NCBI GenBank assembly: GCA_964016885.1
Contig: OZ024742.1
Location: forward strand, 365,056,001-365,120,000
Length of the DNA: 64,000 nt
Reading direction: 5' to 3'
From: Eledone cirrhosa
Lineage: Eukaryota
The notes below the pieces were generated by a model. It was not told the origin of the DNA. It did no database searches and saw only the letters and a program-made list of their open reading frames with translations. The position numbers and the translations under genes are program-made. Positions 38,418 to 52,741 of this stretch are shown here, one piece after another. Each line of letters starts with the position of its first letter. The first letter of the stretch is position 1.

Positions 38418-38870
38418 GATGTCGCAGTTGTTGGGGATGGGGGTGAAAGGCTGTCTCAAAACAGTTGTAATATGATTGAAGGAATCGGTCATTTCATAGG
38501 AAAATGTATTACAACAATCAGGAAATCAGAAGAAATAGCAGCCAGAAGTTCCACAAGTCTTAGCCCCTGGCGCTAAAGTGAGTAAAAAGATAGATTAGAT
38601 TACAGAGTACTAGACACATCTGTGGTGTGATTTTCATAGGTGAGACACCATTTCATCAAAGAGTAGAGCTGTACTTTAGCCACAGGTCAACCTTAACTTC
38701 ATGTATGGTATGACATGCATGATCCCGTAACTTATGAGGTATTTGTAGGGCCACTGTATTGCTATACTACATTTCTAGGACATTTTAAAACATGTTGGTG
38801 CCCATCACCTCTCCGGATTATAGCAGATGTCTTCCAGAGAAGGCTAGAGAATGAGATAATGGAGTGAGAA

Positions 38871-41800
38871 AGAGATATAGAGTCATATACACCACATTAC
38901 TAGAGATATAGAGTGATAGGCGCCACAGTACTAGAGATATAGAGTGGTAGTCCACCACAGTACTAGAGATATAGAGTGATAGGCGCCACAGTACTAGAGA
39001 TATAGAGTGATAGACGCCACAGTACTAGAGATATAGAGTGATAGACGCCACAGTACTAGAGATATAGAGTGATAGACGCCACATTACTAGAGCTATAGAG
39101 TGATAGGCGCCACAGTACTAGAGATATAGAGTGGTAGTCCACCACAGTATTAGAGATATAAAGTGGTAGTCCACCACAGTACTAGAGATATAGTGTGGTA
39201 GTCCACCACAATACTAGAGATATAGTGTGGTAGTCCACCACAGTACTAGAGATATAGTGTGGTAGTCCACCACAATACTAGAGATATAGTGTGGTAGTCC
39301 ACCACAGTATTAGAGATATAGTGTGGTAGTCCACCACAGTACTAGAGATATAGTGTGGTAGTCCACCACAGTACTAGAGATATAGTGTGGTAGTCCACCA
39401 CAGTATTAGAGATATAGTGTGGTAGTCCACCACAGTACTAGAGATATAGTGTGGTAGTCCACCACAGTACTAGAGATATAGAGTGGTAGTCCACCACAGT
39501 ACTAGAGATATAGTATGGTAGTCCACCACAGTAGTGGAGATATAGAGTGGTAGTCCACCACAGTACTAGAGATATAGAGTGGTAGTCCACCACATTACTA
39601 GAGATATAGTGTGGTAGTCCACCACAGTACTAGAGATATAGTGTGGTAGTCCACCACAATACTAGAGATATAGTGTGGTAGTCCACCACAGTATTAGAGA
39701 TATAGTGTGGTAGTCCACCACAGTACTAGAGATATAGTGTGGTAGTCCACCACAGTACTAGAGATATAGAGTGGTAGTCCACCACAGTACTAGAGATATA
39801 GTGTGGTAGTCCACCACAGTATTAGAGATATAGTGTGGTAGTCCACCACAGTATTAGAGATATAGTGTGGTAGTCCACCACACTACTAGAGATATAGTGT
39901 GGTAGTCCACCACAGTACCAGATATATAGAGTGGTAGTCCACCACAGTACTAGAGATATAGTGTGGTAGTCCACCACAGTACTAGAGATATAGAGTGGTA
40001 GTCCACCACAGTATTAGAGATATAGTGTGGTAGTCCACCACAGTACTAGAGATATAGTGTGGTAGTCCACCACAGTATTAGAGATATAGTGTGGTAGTCC
40101 ACCACAGTACTAGAGATATAGTGTGGTAGTCCACCACAGTACTAGAGATATAGAGTGGTAGTCCACCACATTACTAGAGATATAGAGTGGTAGTCCACAA
40201 CATTACTAGAGATATAGTGTGGTAGTCCACCACAGTACTAGAGATAATGTGTGGTAGTCCACAACATTACTAGAGATATAGTGTGGTAGTCCACCACAGT
40301 ACTAGAGATAATGTGTGGTAGTCCACAACATTACTAGAGATATAGTGTGGTAGTCCACCACAGTACTAGAGATATAGAGTGGTAGTCCACCACATTACTA
40401 GAGATATAGTGTGGTAGTCCACCACATTACTAGAGATATAGTGAGGTAGTCCACCACAGTACTAGATATATAGAGTGGTAGTCCACCACAGTACTGGAGA
40501 TATAGTGTGGTAGTCCACCACAGTACTAGAGATATAGTGTGGTAGTCCACCACAGTAATAGAGATATAGTGTGGTAGTTCACCACAGTACTAGAGATATA
40601 GAGTGGTAGTCCACCACAGTACTAGAGATATAGTGTGGTAGTCCACAACATTACTAGAGATATAGAGAAGTAGTCCACCACAGTACTAGAGATATAGTGT
40701 GGTAGTCCACCACAGTACTAGAGATATAGTGTGGTAGTCCACCACAGTACTTGAGATATAGTATGGTAGTCCACCACAGTACTAGAGATATAGAGTGGTA
40801 GTCCACCACAGTACTAGAGATATAGAGTGGTAGTCCACCACAGTACTAGAGATATAGTGTGGTAGTCCACCACAGTACTAGAGATATAGTGTGGTAGTCC
40901 ACCACAGTACTAGAGATATAGTGTGGTAGTCCACCACAGTACTAGAGATGTAGTGTGGTAGTCCACAACATTACTAGAGATATAGTGTGGTAGTCCACAA
41001 CAGAACTAGATATATAGAGTGGTAGTCCACCACAGTACCAGAGATATAGTGTGGTAGTCCACCACAGTACTAGAGATATAGAGTGGTAGTCCACCACAGT
41101 ACTAGAGATATAGTGTGGTAGTCCACCACAGTACTAGAGATATAGAGTGGTAGTCCACAACATTACTAGAGATATAGAGTGGTAGTCCACCACAGTACTG
41201 GAGATATAGAGTGGTAGTCCACCACAGTACTAGAAATATAGTGTGGTAGTCCACCACAGTACTAGAGATATAGTGTGGTAGTCCACCACAGTACTAGAGA
41301 TATAGTGTGGTAGTCCACCACAGTACTAGAGATATAGAGTGGTAGTCCACCACAGTACTAGAGATATATTGTGGTAGTCCACAACATTACTAGAGATATA
41401 GAGTGGTAGTCCACCACAGTACTAGAGATATAGAGTGGTAGTCCACCACAGTACTAGAGATATAGTGTAGTAGTCCACCACAGTACAGGAGATATAGTGT
41501 GGTAGTCCACCACAGTACTAGAGATATAGTGTGGTAGTCCACAACATTACTAGAGATATAGAGTGGTAGTCCACCACAGTACTAGAGATATAGTGTGGTA
41601 GTCCACCACAGTACTAGAGATATAGAGTGGTAGTCCACCACAGTACTAGAGATATAGTGTGGTAGTCCACAACATTACTAGAGATATAGAGTGGTAGTCC
41701 ACCACAGTACTAGAGATATAGTGTGGTAGTCCACAACATTACTAGAGATATAGTGTGGTAGTCCACCACAGTACTAGAGATATAGAGTGGTAGTCCACCA

Positions 41801-44800
41801 CAGTACTAGAGATATAGTGTGGTAGTCCACAACATTACTAGAGATATAGAGTGGTAGTCCACCACAGTACTAGAGATATAGTGTGGTAGTCCACCACAAT
41901 ACTAGAGATATAGAGTGGTAGTCCACCACAGTACTAGAGATATAGTGTGGTAGTCCACCACAGTATGAGAGATATAGAGTGGTAGTCCACAACATTACTA
42001 GAGATATAGTGTGGTAGTCCTCCACAGTACTAGAAATATAGTGTGGTAGTCCACCACAGTACTAGAGATATAGTGTGGTAGTCCACCACAGTACTAGAGA
42101 TATAGTGTGGTAGTCCACCACAGTACTAGAGATATAGAGTGGTAGTCCACCACAGTACTAGAGATATAGTGTGATAGTCCACCACAGTACTAGAGATATA
42201 GAGTGGTAGTCCACCACAGTACTAGAGATATAGAGTGGTAGTCCACCACAGTACTAGAGATATAGAGTGGTAGTCCACCACAGTACAAGAGATATAGTGT
42301 GGTAGTCCACCACAGTACTAGAGATATAGTGTGGTAGTCCACAACATTACTAGAGATATAGAGTGGTAGTCCACCACAGTACTAGAGATATAGTGTGGTA
42401 GTCCACCACAGTACTAGAGATATAGTGTGGTAGTCCACAACATTACTAGAGATATAGAGTGGTAGTCCACCACAGTACTAGAGATATAGAGTGGTAGTCC
42501 ACCACAGTACTAGAGATATAGAGTGGTAGTCCACCACAGTACTAGAGATATAGAGTGGTAGTCCACCACAGTACTAGAGATATAGAGTGGTAGTCCACCA
42601 CAGTACTAGAGATATAGAGTGGTAGTCCACCACAGTACTAGAGATATAGAGTGGTAGTCCACCACAGTACTAGAGATATAGTGTGGTAGTCCACCACAGT
42701 ACTAGAGATATAGTGTGGTAGTCCACCACAGTACTAGAGATATAATGTGGTAGTCCACCACAGTACTAGAGATATAGTGTGGTAGTCCACCACAGTACTA
42801 GAGATATAGAGTGGTAGTCCACCACAGTTCTAGTGATATAGAGTGGTAGTCCACCACAGTACTAGAGATATAGAGTGGTAGTCCACCACAGTACTAGAGA
42901 TATAGAGTGGTAGTCCAACACAGTACTAGAGATATAGAGTGGTAGTCCACCACAGTACTAGAGATATAGAGTGGTAGTCCACCACAGTACTAGAGATATA
43001 GTGTGGTAGTCCACCACAGTACTAGAGATATAGTGTGGTAGTCCACAACATTACTAGAGATATAGAGTGGTAGTCCACCACAGTACTAGAGATATAGTGT
43101 GGTAGTCCACCACAGTACTAGAGATATAGTGTGGTAGTCCACAACATTACTAGAGATATAGAGTGGTAGTCCACCACAGTACTAGAGATATAGAGTGGTA
43201 GTCCACCACAGTACTAGAGATATAGAGTGGTAGTCCACCACAGTACTAGAGATATAGAGTGGTAGTCCACCACAGTACTAGAGATATAGAGTGGTAGTCC
43301 ACCACAGTACTAGAGATATAGAGTGGTAGTCCACCACAGTACTAGAGATATAGAGTGGTAGTCCACCACAGTACTAGAGATATAGTGTGGTAGTCCACCA
43401 CAGTACTAGAGATATAGTGTGGTAGTCCACCACAGTACTAGAGATATAATGTGGTAGTCCACCACAGTACTAGAGATATAGTGTGGTAGTCCACCACAGT
43501 ACTAGATATATAGAGTGGTAGTCCACCACAGTTCTAGTGATATAGAGTGGTAGTCCACCTCAGTACTAGAGATATAGTGTGGTAGTCCACCACAGTACTA
43601 GAGATATAGAGTGGTAGTCCACCACAGTACTAGAGATATAGAGTGGTAGTCCACCACAGTACTAGAGATATAGAGTGGTAGTCCACCACATTACTAGAGA
43701 TATAGTGTGGTAGTCCACCACAGTACTAGAGATATAGTGTGGTAGTCCACCACATTACTAGAGATATAGTGTGGTAGTCCACCACAGTACTAGAGATATA
43801 GTGTGGTAGTCCACCACAGTACTAGAGATATAGTGTGGTAGTCCACCACAGTACTAGAGATATAGAGTGGTAGTCCACCACAGTACTAGAGATATAGTGT
43901 GGTAGTCCACAACATTACTAGAGATATAGTGTGGTAGTCCACCACAGTACTAGAGATATAGTGTGGTAGTCCACCACAGTACTAGAGATATAGAGTGGTA
44001 GTCCACCACAGTACTAGAGATATAGTGTGGTAGTCCACAACATTACTAGAGATATAGTGTGGTAGTCCACCACAGTACTGGAGATATAGAGTGGTAGTCC
44101 ACCACAGTACTAGAGATATAGAGTGGTAGTCCACCACAGTACTAGAGATATAGTGTGGTAGTCCACCACAGTACTAGAGATATAGAGTGGTAGTCCACCA
44201 CAGTACTAGAGATATAGTGTGGTAGTCCACCAGAGTACTAGAGATATAGTGTAGTAGTCCACCACAGTACTAGAGATATAGAGTGGTAGTCCACCACAGT
44301 ACTAGAGATATAGTGTGGTAGTCCACCACAGTACTAGAGATATAGAGTGGTAGTCCACCACAGTACTAGAGATATAGTGTGGTAGTCCACAACATTACTA
44401 GAGATATAGAGTGGTAGTCCACCACAGTACTAGAGATATAGTGTGGTAGTCCACCACAGTACTAGAGATATAGTGTGGTAGTCCACCACAGTACTAGAGA
44501 TATAGTGTGGTAGTCCATCACAGTACTAGAGATATAGTGTGGTAGTCCACCACAGTACTAGAGATATAGTGTAGTAGTCCACCACAGTACTAGAGATATA
44601 GTGTGGTAGTCCACCACAGTACTAGAGATATAGAGTGGTAGTCCACCACAGTACTAGAGATATAGAGTGGTAGTCCACCACAGTACTAGAGATATAGAGT
44701 GGTAGTCCACAACATTACTAGAGATATAGAGTGGTAGTCCACCACATTACTAGAGATATAGTGTGGTAGTCCACCACAGTACTAGAGATATAGTGCGGTA

Positions 44801-47800
44801 GTCCACCACAGTACTAGAGATATAGTGTGGTAGTCCACCACAGTACTAGAGATATAGAGTGGTAGTCCACGACAGTACTAGAGATATAGTGTGGTAGTCC
44901 ACCACAGTACTTGAGATATAGTGTGGTAGTCCACCACAGTACTAGAGATATAGTGTGTTAGTCCACCACATTACTAGAGATATAGAGTGGTAGTCCACCA
45001 CAGTACTTGAGATATAGTGTGGTAGTCCACCACAGTACTAGAGATATAGTGTGGTAGTCCACCACAGTACTAGAGATATAGTGTGGTAGTCCACCACAGT
45101 ACTAGAGATATAGAGTGGTAGTCCACCACAGTACTAGAGATATAGTGTTGTAGTCCACCACAGTACTAGAGATATAGAGTGGTAGTCCACCACAGTACTA
45201 GAGATATAGTGTGGTAGTCCACCACAGTACTAGAGATATAGTGTTGTAGTCCACCACAGTACTAGAGATATAGTGTGGTAGTCCACCACAGTACTAGATA
45301 TATAGAGTGGTAGTCCACCGCAGTCCTAGAGATATAGTGTGGTAGTCCACCACAGTACTAGAGATATAGTGTGGTAGTCCACCACAGTACTAGAGATATA
45401 GTGTGGTAGTCCACCACAGTACTAGAGATATAGTGTTGTAGTCCACCACAGTACTAGAGATATAGTGTGGTAGTCCACCACAGTACTAGATATATAGAGT
45501 GTTAGTCCACCGCAGTCCTAGAGATATAGTGTTGTAGTCCACCACAGTACTAGAGATATAGTGTGGTAGTCCACCACAGTACTAGAGATATAGTGTGGTA
45601 GTCCACCACAGTACTAGAGATATAGTTTGGTAGTCCACCACAGTACTAGAGATATAGTGTGGTAGTCCACCACAGTACTAGATATATAGAGTGGTAGTCC
45701 ACCACAGTACTAGAGATATAGTGTGGTAGTCCACTACAGTACTAGAGATATAGAGTGGTAGTCCACCACAATACTAGATATATAGAGTGGTAGTCCACCA
45801 CATTACTAGAGATATAGTGCGGTAGTCCACCACAGTACTAGAGATATTGAGTGGTAGTCCACCACAGTACTAGAGATATAGTGTGGTAGTCCACCACAGA
45901 ACTAGAGATATAGAGTGGTAGTCCACCACATTACTAGAGATATAGTGTGGTAGTCCACCACAGTACTAGAGATATAGTGCGGTAGTCCACCACAGTACTA
46001 GAGTAATAGTGTAGTAGTCCACCACAGTACTAGAGATATAGTGTAGTAGTCCACCACAGTACTAGAGATATAGTGTGGTAGTCCACCACAGTACTAGAGA
46101 TATAGAGTGGTAGTCCACCACAGTACTAGAGATATAGTGTGGTAGTCCACCACAGTACTAGAGATATAGAGTGGTAGTCCACCACAGTACTAGAGATATA
46201 GTGTGGTAGGCCACCACATTACTAGAGATATAGAGTGGTAGTCCACCACAGTACTAGAGATATAGTGTGGTAGTCCACCACAGTACTAGAGATATAGAGT
46301 GGTAGTCCACCACAGTACTAGAGATATAGTGTGGTAGTCCACCACAGTACAAGAGATATAGTGCGGTAGTCCACCACAGTACTAGAGATATAGTGTGGTA
46401 GTCCACCACAGTACTAGAGATATAGTGTGGTAGTCCACCACAGTACTAGAGATATAGAGTGGTAGTACACCACAGTACTAGAGATATAGTGTGGTAGTCC
46501 ACCACAGTACTAGAGATATAGTGCGGTAGTCCACCACAGTACTAGAGATATAGTGCGGTAGTCCACCACAGTCCTGGAGATATAGAGTGGTAGTCCACCA
46601 CAGTACTAGAGATATAGTGTGGTAGTCCACCACAGTACTAGAGATATAGAGTGATAGTCCACCACAGTACTAGAGATATAGTGTGGTAGTCCACCACAGT
46701 ACTAGAGATATAGTGTGGTAGTCCACCACAGTACTAGAGATATAGAGTGGTAGTCCACCACAGTACTAGAGATATAGTGTGGTAGTCCACCACAGTACTA
46801 GAGATATAGAGTGGTAGTCCACCACAGTACTAGAGATATAGAGTGGTAGTCCACCACAGTACTAGAGATATAGTGTGGTAGTCCACCACAGTACTAGAGA
46901 TATAGTGTGGTAGTCCACCACAGTACTAGAGATATAGTGTAGTAGTCCACCACAGTACTAGAGATATAGAGTGGTAGTCCACCACAGTACTAGAGATATA
47001 GTGTGGTAGTCCACCACAGTACTAGATATATAGTGTGGCAGTCCACCACAGTACTAGAGATATAGAGTGGTAGTCCACCACAGTACTAGAGATATAGAGT
47101 GGTAGTCCACCACAGTACTAGAGATATAGTGTGGTAGTCCACCACAGTACTAGAGATATAGTGTGGTAGTCCACCACAGTACTAGAGATATAGTGTGGTA
47201 GTCCACCACAGTACTAGATATATAGTGTGGCAGTCCACCACAGTACTAGAGATATAGAGTGGTAGTCCACCACAGTACTAGAGATATAGAGTGGTAGTCC
47301 ACCACAGTACTAGAGATATAGTGTGGTAGTCCACCACAGTACTAGAGATATAGTGTGGTAGTCCACCACAGTACTAGAGATATAGAGTGGTAGTCCACCA
47401 CAGTACTAGAGATATAGAGTGGTAGTCCACCACATTACTAGAGATATAGTGTGGTAGTCCACCACAGTACTAGAGATATAGTGTGGTAGTCCACCACAGT
47501 ACTAGAGATATAGTGTGGTAGTCCACCACAGTACTAGAGATATAGAGTGGTAGTCCACCACAGTACTAGAGATATAAAGTGGTAGTCCACCACAGTACTA
47601 GAGATATAGTGTGGTAGTCCACCACAGTACTAGAGATATAGTGTGGTAGTCCACCACAGTACTAGAGATATGATGTGGTAGTCCACCACAGTACTAGAGA
47701 TATAGTGTGGTAGTCCACCACAGTACTAGAGATATAGTGTGGTAGTCCACCACAGTACTAGAGATATAGTGTGGTAGTCCACCACAGTACTAGAGATATA

Positions 47801-48882
47801 GTGTGGTAGTCCACCACAGTACTAGAGGTATAGTGTGGTAGTCCACCACATTACTAGAGATATAGAGTGGTAGTCCACCACAGTACTTGAGATATAGTGT
47901 GGTAGTCCACCACAGTACTAGAGATATAGAGTGGTAGTCCACCACAGTACTAGAAATATAGTGTGGTAGTCCACCACAGTACTAGAGATATAGTGTGGTA
48001 GTCCACCACAGTACTAGAGATATAGTGTAGTAGTCCACAACATTACTAGAGATATAGTGTGGTAGTCCACCACAGTATTAGAGATATAGTGTGGTAGTCC
48101 ACCACAGTACTAGAGATATAGTGTGGTAGTCCACAACATTACTAGAGATATAGTGTGGTAGTCCTCCACAGTATTAGAGATATAGTGTGGTAGTCCACAA
48201 CATTACTAGAGATATAGAGTGGTAGTCCACCACAGTACTAGAGATATAGTATGGTAGTCCACCACAGTACTAGAGATATAGAGTGGTAGTCCACCACATT
48301 ACTAGAGATATAGTGTGGTAGTACACCACAGTACTAGAGATATAGAGTGGTAATCCACCACATCACTAGAGATATAGAGTGGTAGTCCACCACAGTACTA
48401 GAGATATAGTATGGTAGTCCACCACAGTACTAGAGATATAGAGTGGTAGTCCACCACAGTACTAGAGATATAGAGTGGTAGTCCACCACAGTACTAGAGA
48501 TATGATGTGGTAGTCCACCACATTACTAGAAATATAGAGTGGTAGTCCACCACAGTCCTAGAGATATAGTGTGGTAGTACACCACAGTACTAGAGATATA
48601 GTGCGGTAGTCCACCACAGTTCTAGAGATATAGAGTGGTAGTCCACCACATTACTAGAGATATAGTGTGGTAGTCCACCACAGTACTAGAGATATAGTGT
48701 GGTAGTCCACCACATTACTAGAGATATAGTGTGGTAGTCCACCACAGTACTAGAAATATAGTGTGGTAGTCCACCACAGTACTAGAGATATAGTGTGGTA
48801 GTCCACCACAGTACTAGAGATATAGTGTGGTAGTCCACCACATTACTAGAGATATAGTGTTGTAGTCCACCACATTACTAGA
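38871..48882. repeat. ~10-kb satellite, 32-bp unit (actagagatatag[t/a]gtggtagtccaccacagt), ~313 copies
   Basis: Units are in register at 39181 and 48781 (9600 = 300 x 32); internal stem tgtggt/accaca. Confidence 0.98.
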
Positions 48883-49010
48883 CTGGTATATTTTCCATCG
48901 AACTTGAATGGATTAACGGCAAAGGTGACTTCAGTGGGATTTAAACACAGAGAGATGGAATTAATACCACAAAGTATTCTATCTGACGTTCTAACGACAA
49001 TGTCACTTTC
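48883..49010 (-). mobile_element. Degraded Meta-domain SINE remnant abutting the 32-bp satellite
   Basis: ctggtatattttccatcgaacttgaatggattaacggcaaaggtgacttcagtgggatttaaacacaga resembles 5537-5606. Confidence 0.65.
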
Positions 49011-49207
49011 CTGACATATCTTAACTGACCTAACATGAAAAGCTAATTCAACTCAGCTATATCCATTCCTTATGTCTGAGTTTATCTATATGTACATTTA
49101 TGAAAGTTGCATGACCGAATACAAAAGTTTGCTGCTTAATCCTTAGGTCTCGGATTTCATCCCACTGAGGGGCCTATTCGATAAATGTTGTTTACCTATA
49201 TATATAT

Positions 49208-49498
49208 GGAAGCACATTGCCTAATAGTAACACTGTTGGACTCATGACCATAATGTTGTGGGTTCAATTCCTGGACTGGTTTGTGTTGTGTTCTTGAGCA
49301 AAACACTTCAGTTCACGTTGCTCCAGTATACTCAACTGAAAATATGTACCAGCAATAGCTGAGGGTTTAACCCTGTGATGGTCTAGCGTGATGTCCAGGG
49401 TGGGGGGTGATTATTGTAATCTCAGTCACTTAATGCCATGGAAACCGGGATAAGTACTGGCCTGATGAGCCTCCGGCTTCAGACAGACTTTAGACTTC
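49208..49498 (+). mobile_element. tRNA-derived CORE-type SINE
   Basis: B-box gggttcaattcc; CORE-like ttgtgttcttgagcaaaacactt; 3' tail aaccctgtgatgg...gaaaccgggataag. Confidence 0.7.
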
Positions 49499-50119
49499 AT
49501 GTATATACATATCTCTATATATACACGTACATTCATGCATATCTTTCTATATAGACGTACAGTAGTATGTATATATATATACATACATGCACACATATAT
49601 ATATGTACGTATGGGTTTACCGAACATTTATTATAATGGTCGGTTTGTTTGTAAACAAACAACCCGAATTAAGCCGTACAGTATTTGGCAACCATCGTTG
49701 CCCTTTTGTTCAACACTGACAAAGGAACGATGAACTAGTTTCAAGCTTATTAGCTATCGCCTGTATACATATATGTATGTACGTATACATACTTATATTT
49801 AAGTATCAGCCGTACTAAGATTGTGAAATGAAATTTCATTTCATTCTTTTCCATCTATATATAGACATACATACTTATCTCTCTCTATATATATAAATCC
49901 ACACGTGCATACGTACATGCATGCATACATACATACATGCATACATCCACACATATATACACAGATACACACACACACGTGCCTACATACATGCATATAT
50001 ACATACATATATATATAATGAAAATCTTAGTTGTATTTTATTTTGTTTAGTAAATTTTCAACAGATTTCATCAGATGTAAGACTCTGCAATAAATGTATG
50101 CATTATCTGTAGAGAAGTG

Positions 50120-50298
50120 GATTGGCAGCATCGGTAGAGGGACGGACGCCATGCTTTGACGTATAGAGTTACGGCCCTTGCCATTCTGAGTTCAAATCCC
50201 GCCGAGGTTAACTTTGCCTTTCACCCTACGGCGTCGATAAAATAAAGTACCAGTAATACACTGACTAATTTGCTGGCCTTGTGCCAAAAGTAGAAACA
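50120..50298 (+). mobile_element. tRNA-derived Meta-domain SINE
   Basis: gagttcaaatccc B-box; gcctttcaccctacggcgtcgataaaataaagtaccag; 18-bp TSD attatctgtagagaagtg at 50102-50119 and 50299-50316. Confidence 0.9.
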
Positions 50299-50883
50299 AT
50301 TATCTGTAGAGAAGTGATTACATTATATATCAACTAATTTATTTAGCCACGTCAACAGATTACTTGATGAGATGATGAAATTGTGAATCAGAATCTATTA
50401 TATTGCCAAAGACAGCAAATTCCTTGATCCTGTTGGATTTGTTTTATGTTATTTATAGTTATTTTATATAGTTTTATTTTCTATTATATTTTGTTAATAT
50501 GGCGGGTTATATTCTGAGGTGTAGGATTGAGGCAGCCATTTTCTTTTCACTTAAAATATATGAGAAAGTTCGTTGTGTGAACAAATTAGTGAGCAAAAGG
50601 TTGAGATAATGTCTGGGTGCATGAGGGAGGAGGAAGGAAGGAGAAGGAGGGAGAGTAAGAGTGAGTGAGTAGGAGAGAGAGGGAGAATTTGAGAAACAGT
50701 TAGATGTAGAATTGAAGAAGAAGTGATAAAAGAGATGTGTGGGAGTAATAACTTCTGCGCATACTACGACTTCATGAGGTTTTATTGAAATGCAAATTGA
50801 TTGTAAAAAAAAAATGGAAATACATACACATACACACAAACACACACACACACACAATATATATATCTCTATCTATCTATCTA

Positions 50884-51251
50884 TGGGCGACTGGCATATC
50901 GAATGTGCTCAGGTGCACACAGTCCTCTGGCAAACGGACCCGGCGATCAGTGGAGACTCTACTTCGACATTCTATAGAGGGTTGGTCCGCAGCAAGTGCG
51001 ACGACACGCTCGGAGAAAGTCTGGGCGTAGAAGAGGACGAACTGGCTAGTCTGTTGGTAGGACCTTCCGCCCGGGACAAATGGACAACTTCCAAATGTTC
51101 CTGGCCTGGCAGTGCTACCGAGGAGCTCTACCAGTTCGAGACAAGCTCTACAGACACGGGCGCCCGGGTAGGGACCCTTCGAAAAAGATCTGTCCGAGAT
51201 GCGTGCGCGACGAGGAAACCGTCGCACACGCATTTGTACACTGCTCGGGCA
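50884..51251 (+). mobile_element. Fragment of Tx1 family B ORF2 C-terminus
   Basis: Matches the reverse complement of ~16309-16678 ([28 protein letters not shown]); 5' junction at (TATC)n; 3' side ends at (TA)n. Confidence 0.9.
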
Positions 51252-51341
<90 letters not shown>

Positions 51342-51353
51342 GTGTGTATATAA

Positions 51354-51390
<37 letters not shown>

Positions 51391-51391
<1 letters not shown>

Positions 51392-51488
51392 ATACTCTGG
51401 TAATGTATCTTACATTGCCCATTGAGTGCGCTGAGATACAACCGGTACTGGCATTGATAAATATGGTGTGTCCGTCAACCCGTATTAT
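51391..51488 (+). repeat. Unclassified dispersed repeat (second copy at 57190-57290)
   Basis: Shared cgctgagatacaaccggtactggcatt..aaatatg..tccgtcaac, ending in an ATT-rich tail. Confidence 0.75.
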
Positions 51489-51494
51489 ATATAT

Positions 51495-51620
51495 TTACCT
51501 GAAGAAGGGCTTATGCCCGAAACGTCGTCCTCCACCTACCCCCCACTCTCCTGAGCGTGAATCTAATAAACATTTGTCGTACTGCCTCTCTGTTCTGTCC
51601 CTGTTCAATTTTTTATTATA
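51495..51620 (+). mobile_element. PLE terminal fragment starting at an HHR core, between (TA)n tracts
   Basis: CTGAAGAA-gggc(ttat)gccc-GAAA-cgtcGTC at 51499-51529, then AATAAA and a tail; stem I partner missing. Confidence 0.7.
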
Positions 51621-51676
51621 TATATATATATATATATATACGTATCAATGTTGCGTATAAACAATGAATGGTAACG

Positions 51677-51726
<50 letters not shown>

Positions 51727-51895
51727 TTCTTATAATGTAAGGCCACTTACTGTGAAAACGTTCTCTCACAACAGGCGGCCATTGAGGTATTATTTATGAT
51801 AATAGTAATAAGCAGTAGCTTTTATCTACTTAACATTGTGACTGCTCGTTCTCTTTTGATTTGCACATACACAAATCGATTGGCGAAGATCGAAC

Positions 51896-51978
<83 letters not shown>

Positions 51979-52645
51979 GAGAGGGGGAGCGAGAGAGAGA
52001 GGAGAGAGAGAGATAGAGGGAGAGAGAGAGAGAGAGAGGAGCGAGAGAGAGAGGGAGCGAGAGAGAGAGAGAGGAATAGACAGTGTGTGTGAGTGAAAGT
52101 GTGATAGATACTAACAGGCATGCGTATATATAAAACACATGCATACAATCAAAAATGCATATACGCATACATACATAGTTACACACATACATTTTTACAT
52201 ATATACACATCTCGCGCAAAATACATCTGTATTCGAAATATGCACAATACCAGAGAATAAAATCTTTGCCTTTGGCTGGATGCAGACTTGAGTTGGTAAA
52301 ATCACGCTATGCTCCATGAAAGAGAGCAATATTAAAGATATTCTGACAATGGGATCTTCCAAAACGATATCGCTATTATCAAAGAAAAGCAGTCCTTCCA
52401 CAAATTTATTACAGTATTCTAGTTTCCTTTCATCAAAGCTAATTGCCAGCACACCAAAGAATATATATTCTCTTTGTTAAATGAATGTATGTATATATAA
52501 TTCTATGTTAGTATATCTCGTATACATGGAAATATATTCACGCATATACACATATATGCAATATACATACATGCACATATGTTCAGAGATTATTTATAGA
52601 TTACAAGCAGGAATTTGTGTATGTTAATAAAGAGAATATAAAGAG

Positions 52646-52741
<96 letters not shown>

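Noticed and set aside
38871-48882. CRISPR-like 32-bp repeats with an internal hairpin
   Set aside because: Head-to-tail repeats with no spacers, no cas genes, eukaryotic context
49441-49480. GAAA...CTGATGA in a SINE tail
   Set aside because: Could not assemble the three stems in any hammerhead topology
52195-52452. 85-aa non-repetitive ORF
   Set aside because: No recognisable domain or clear splice boundaries; needs BLASTX or RNA-seq
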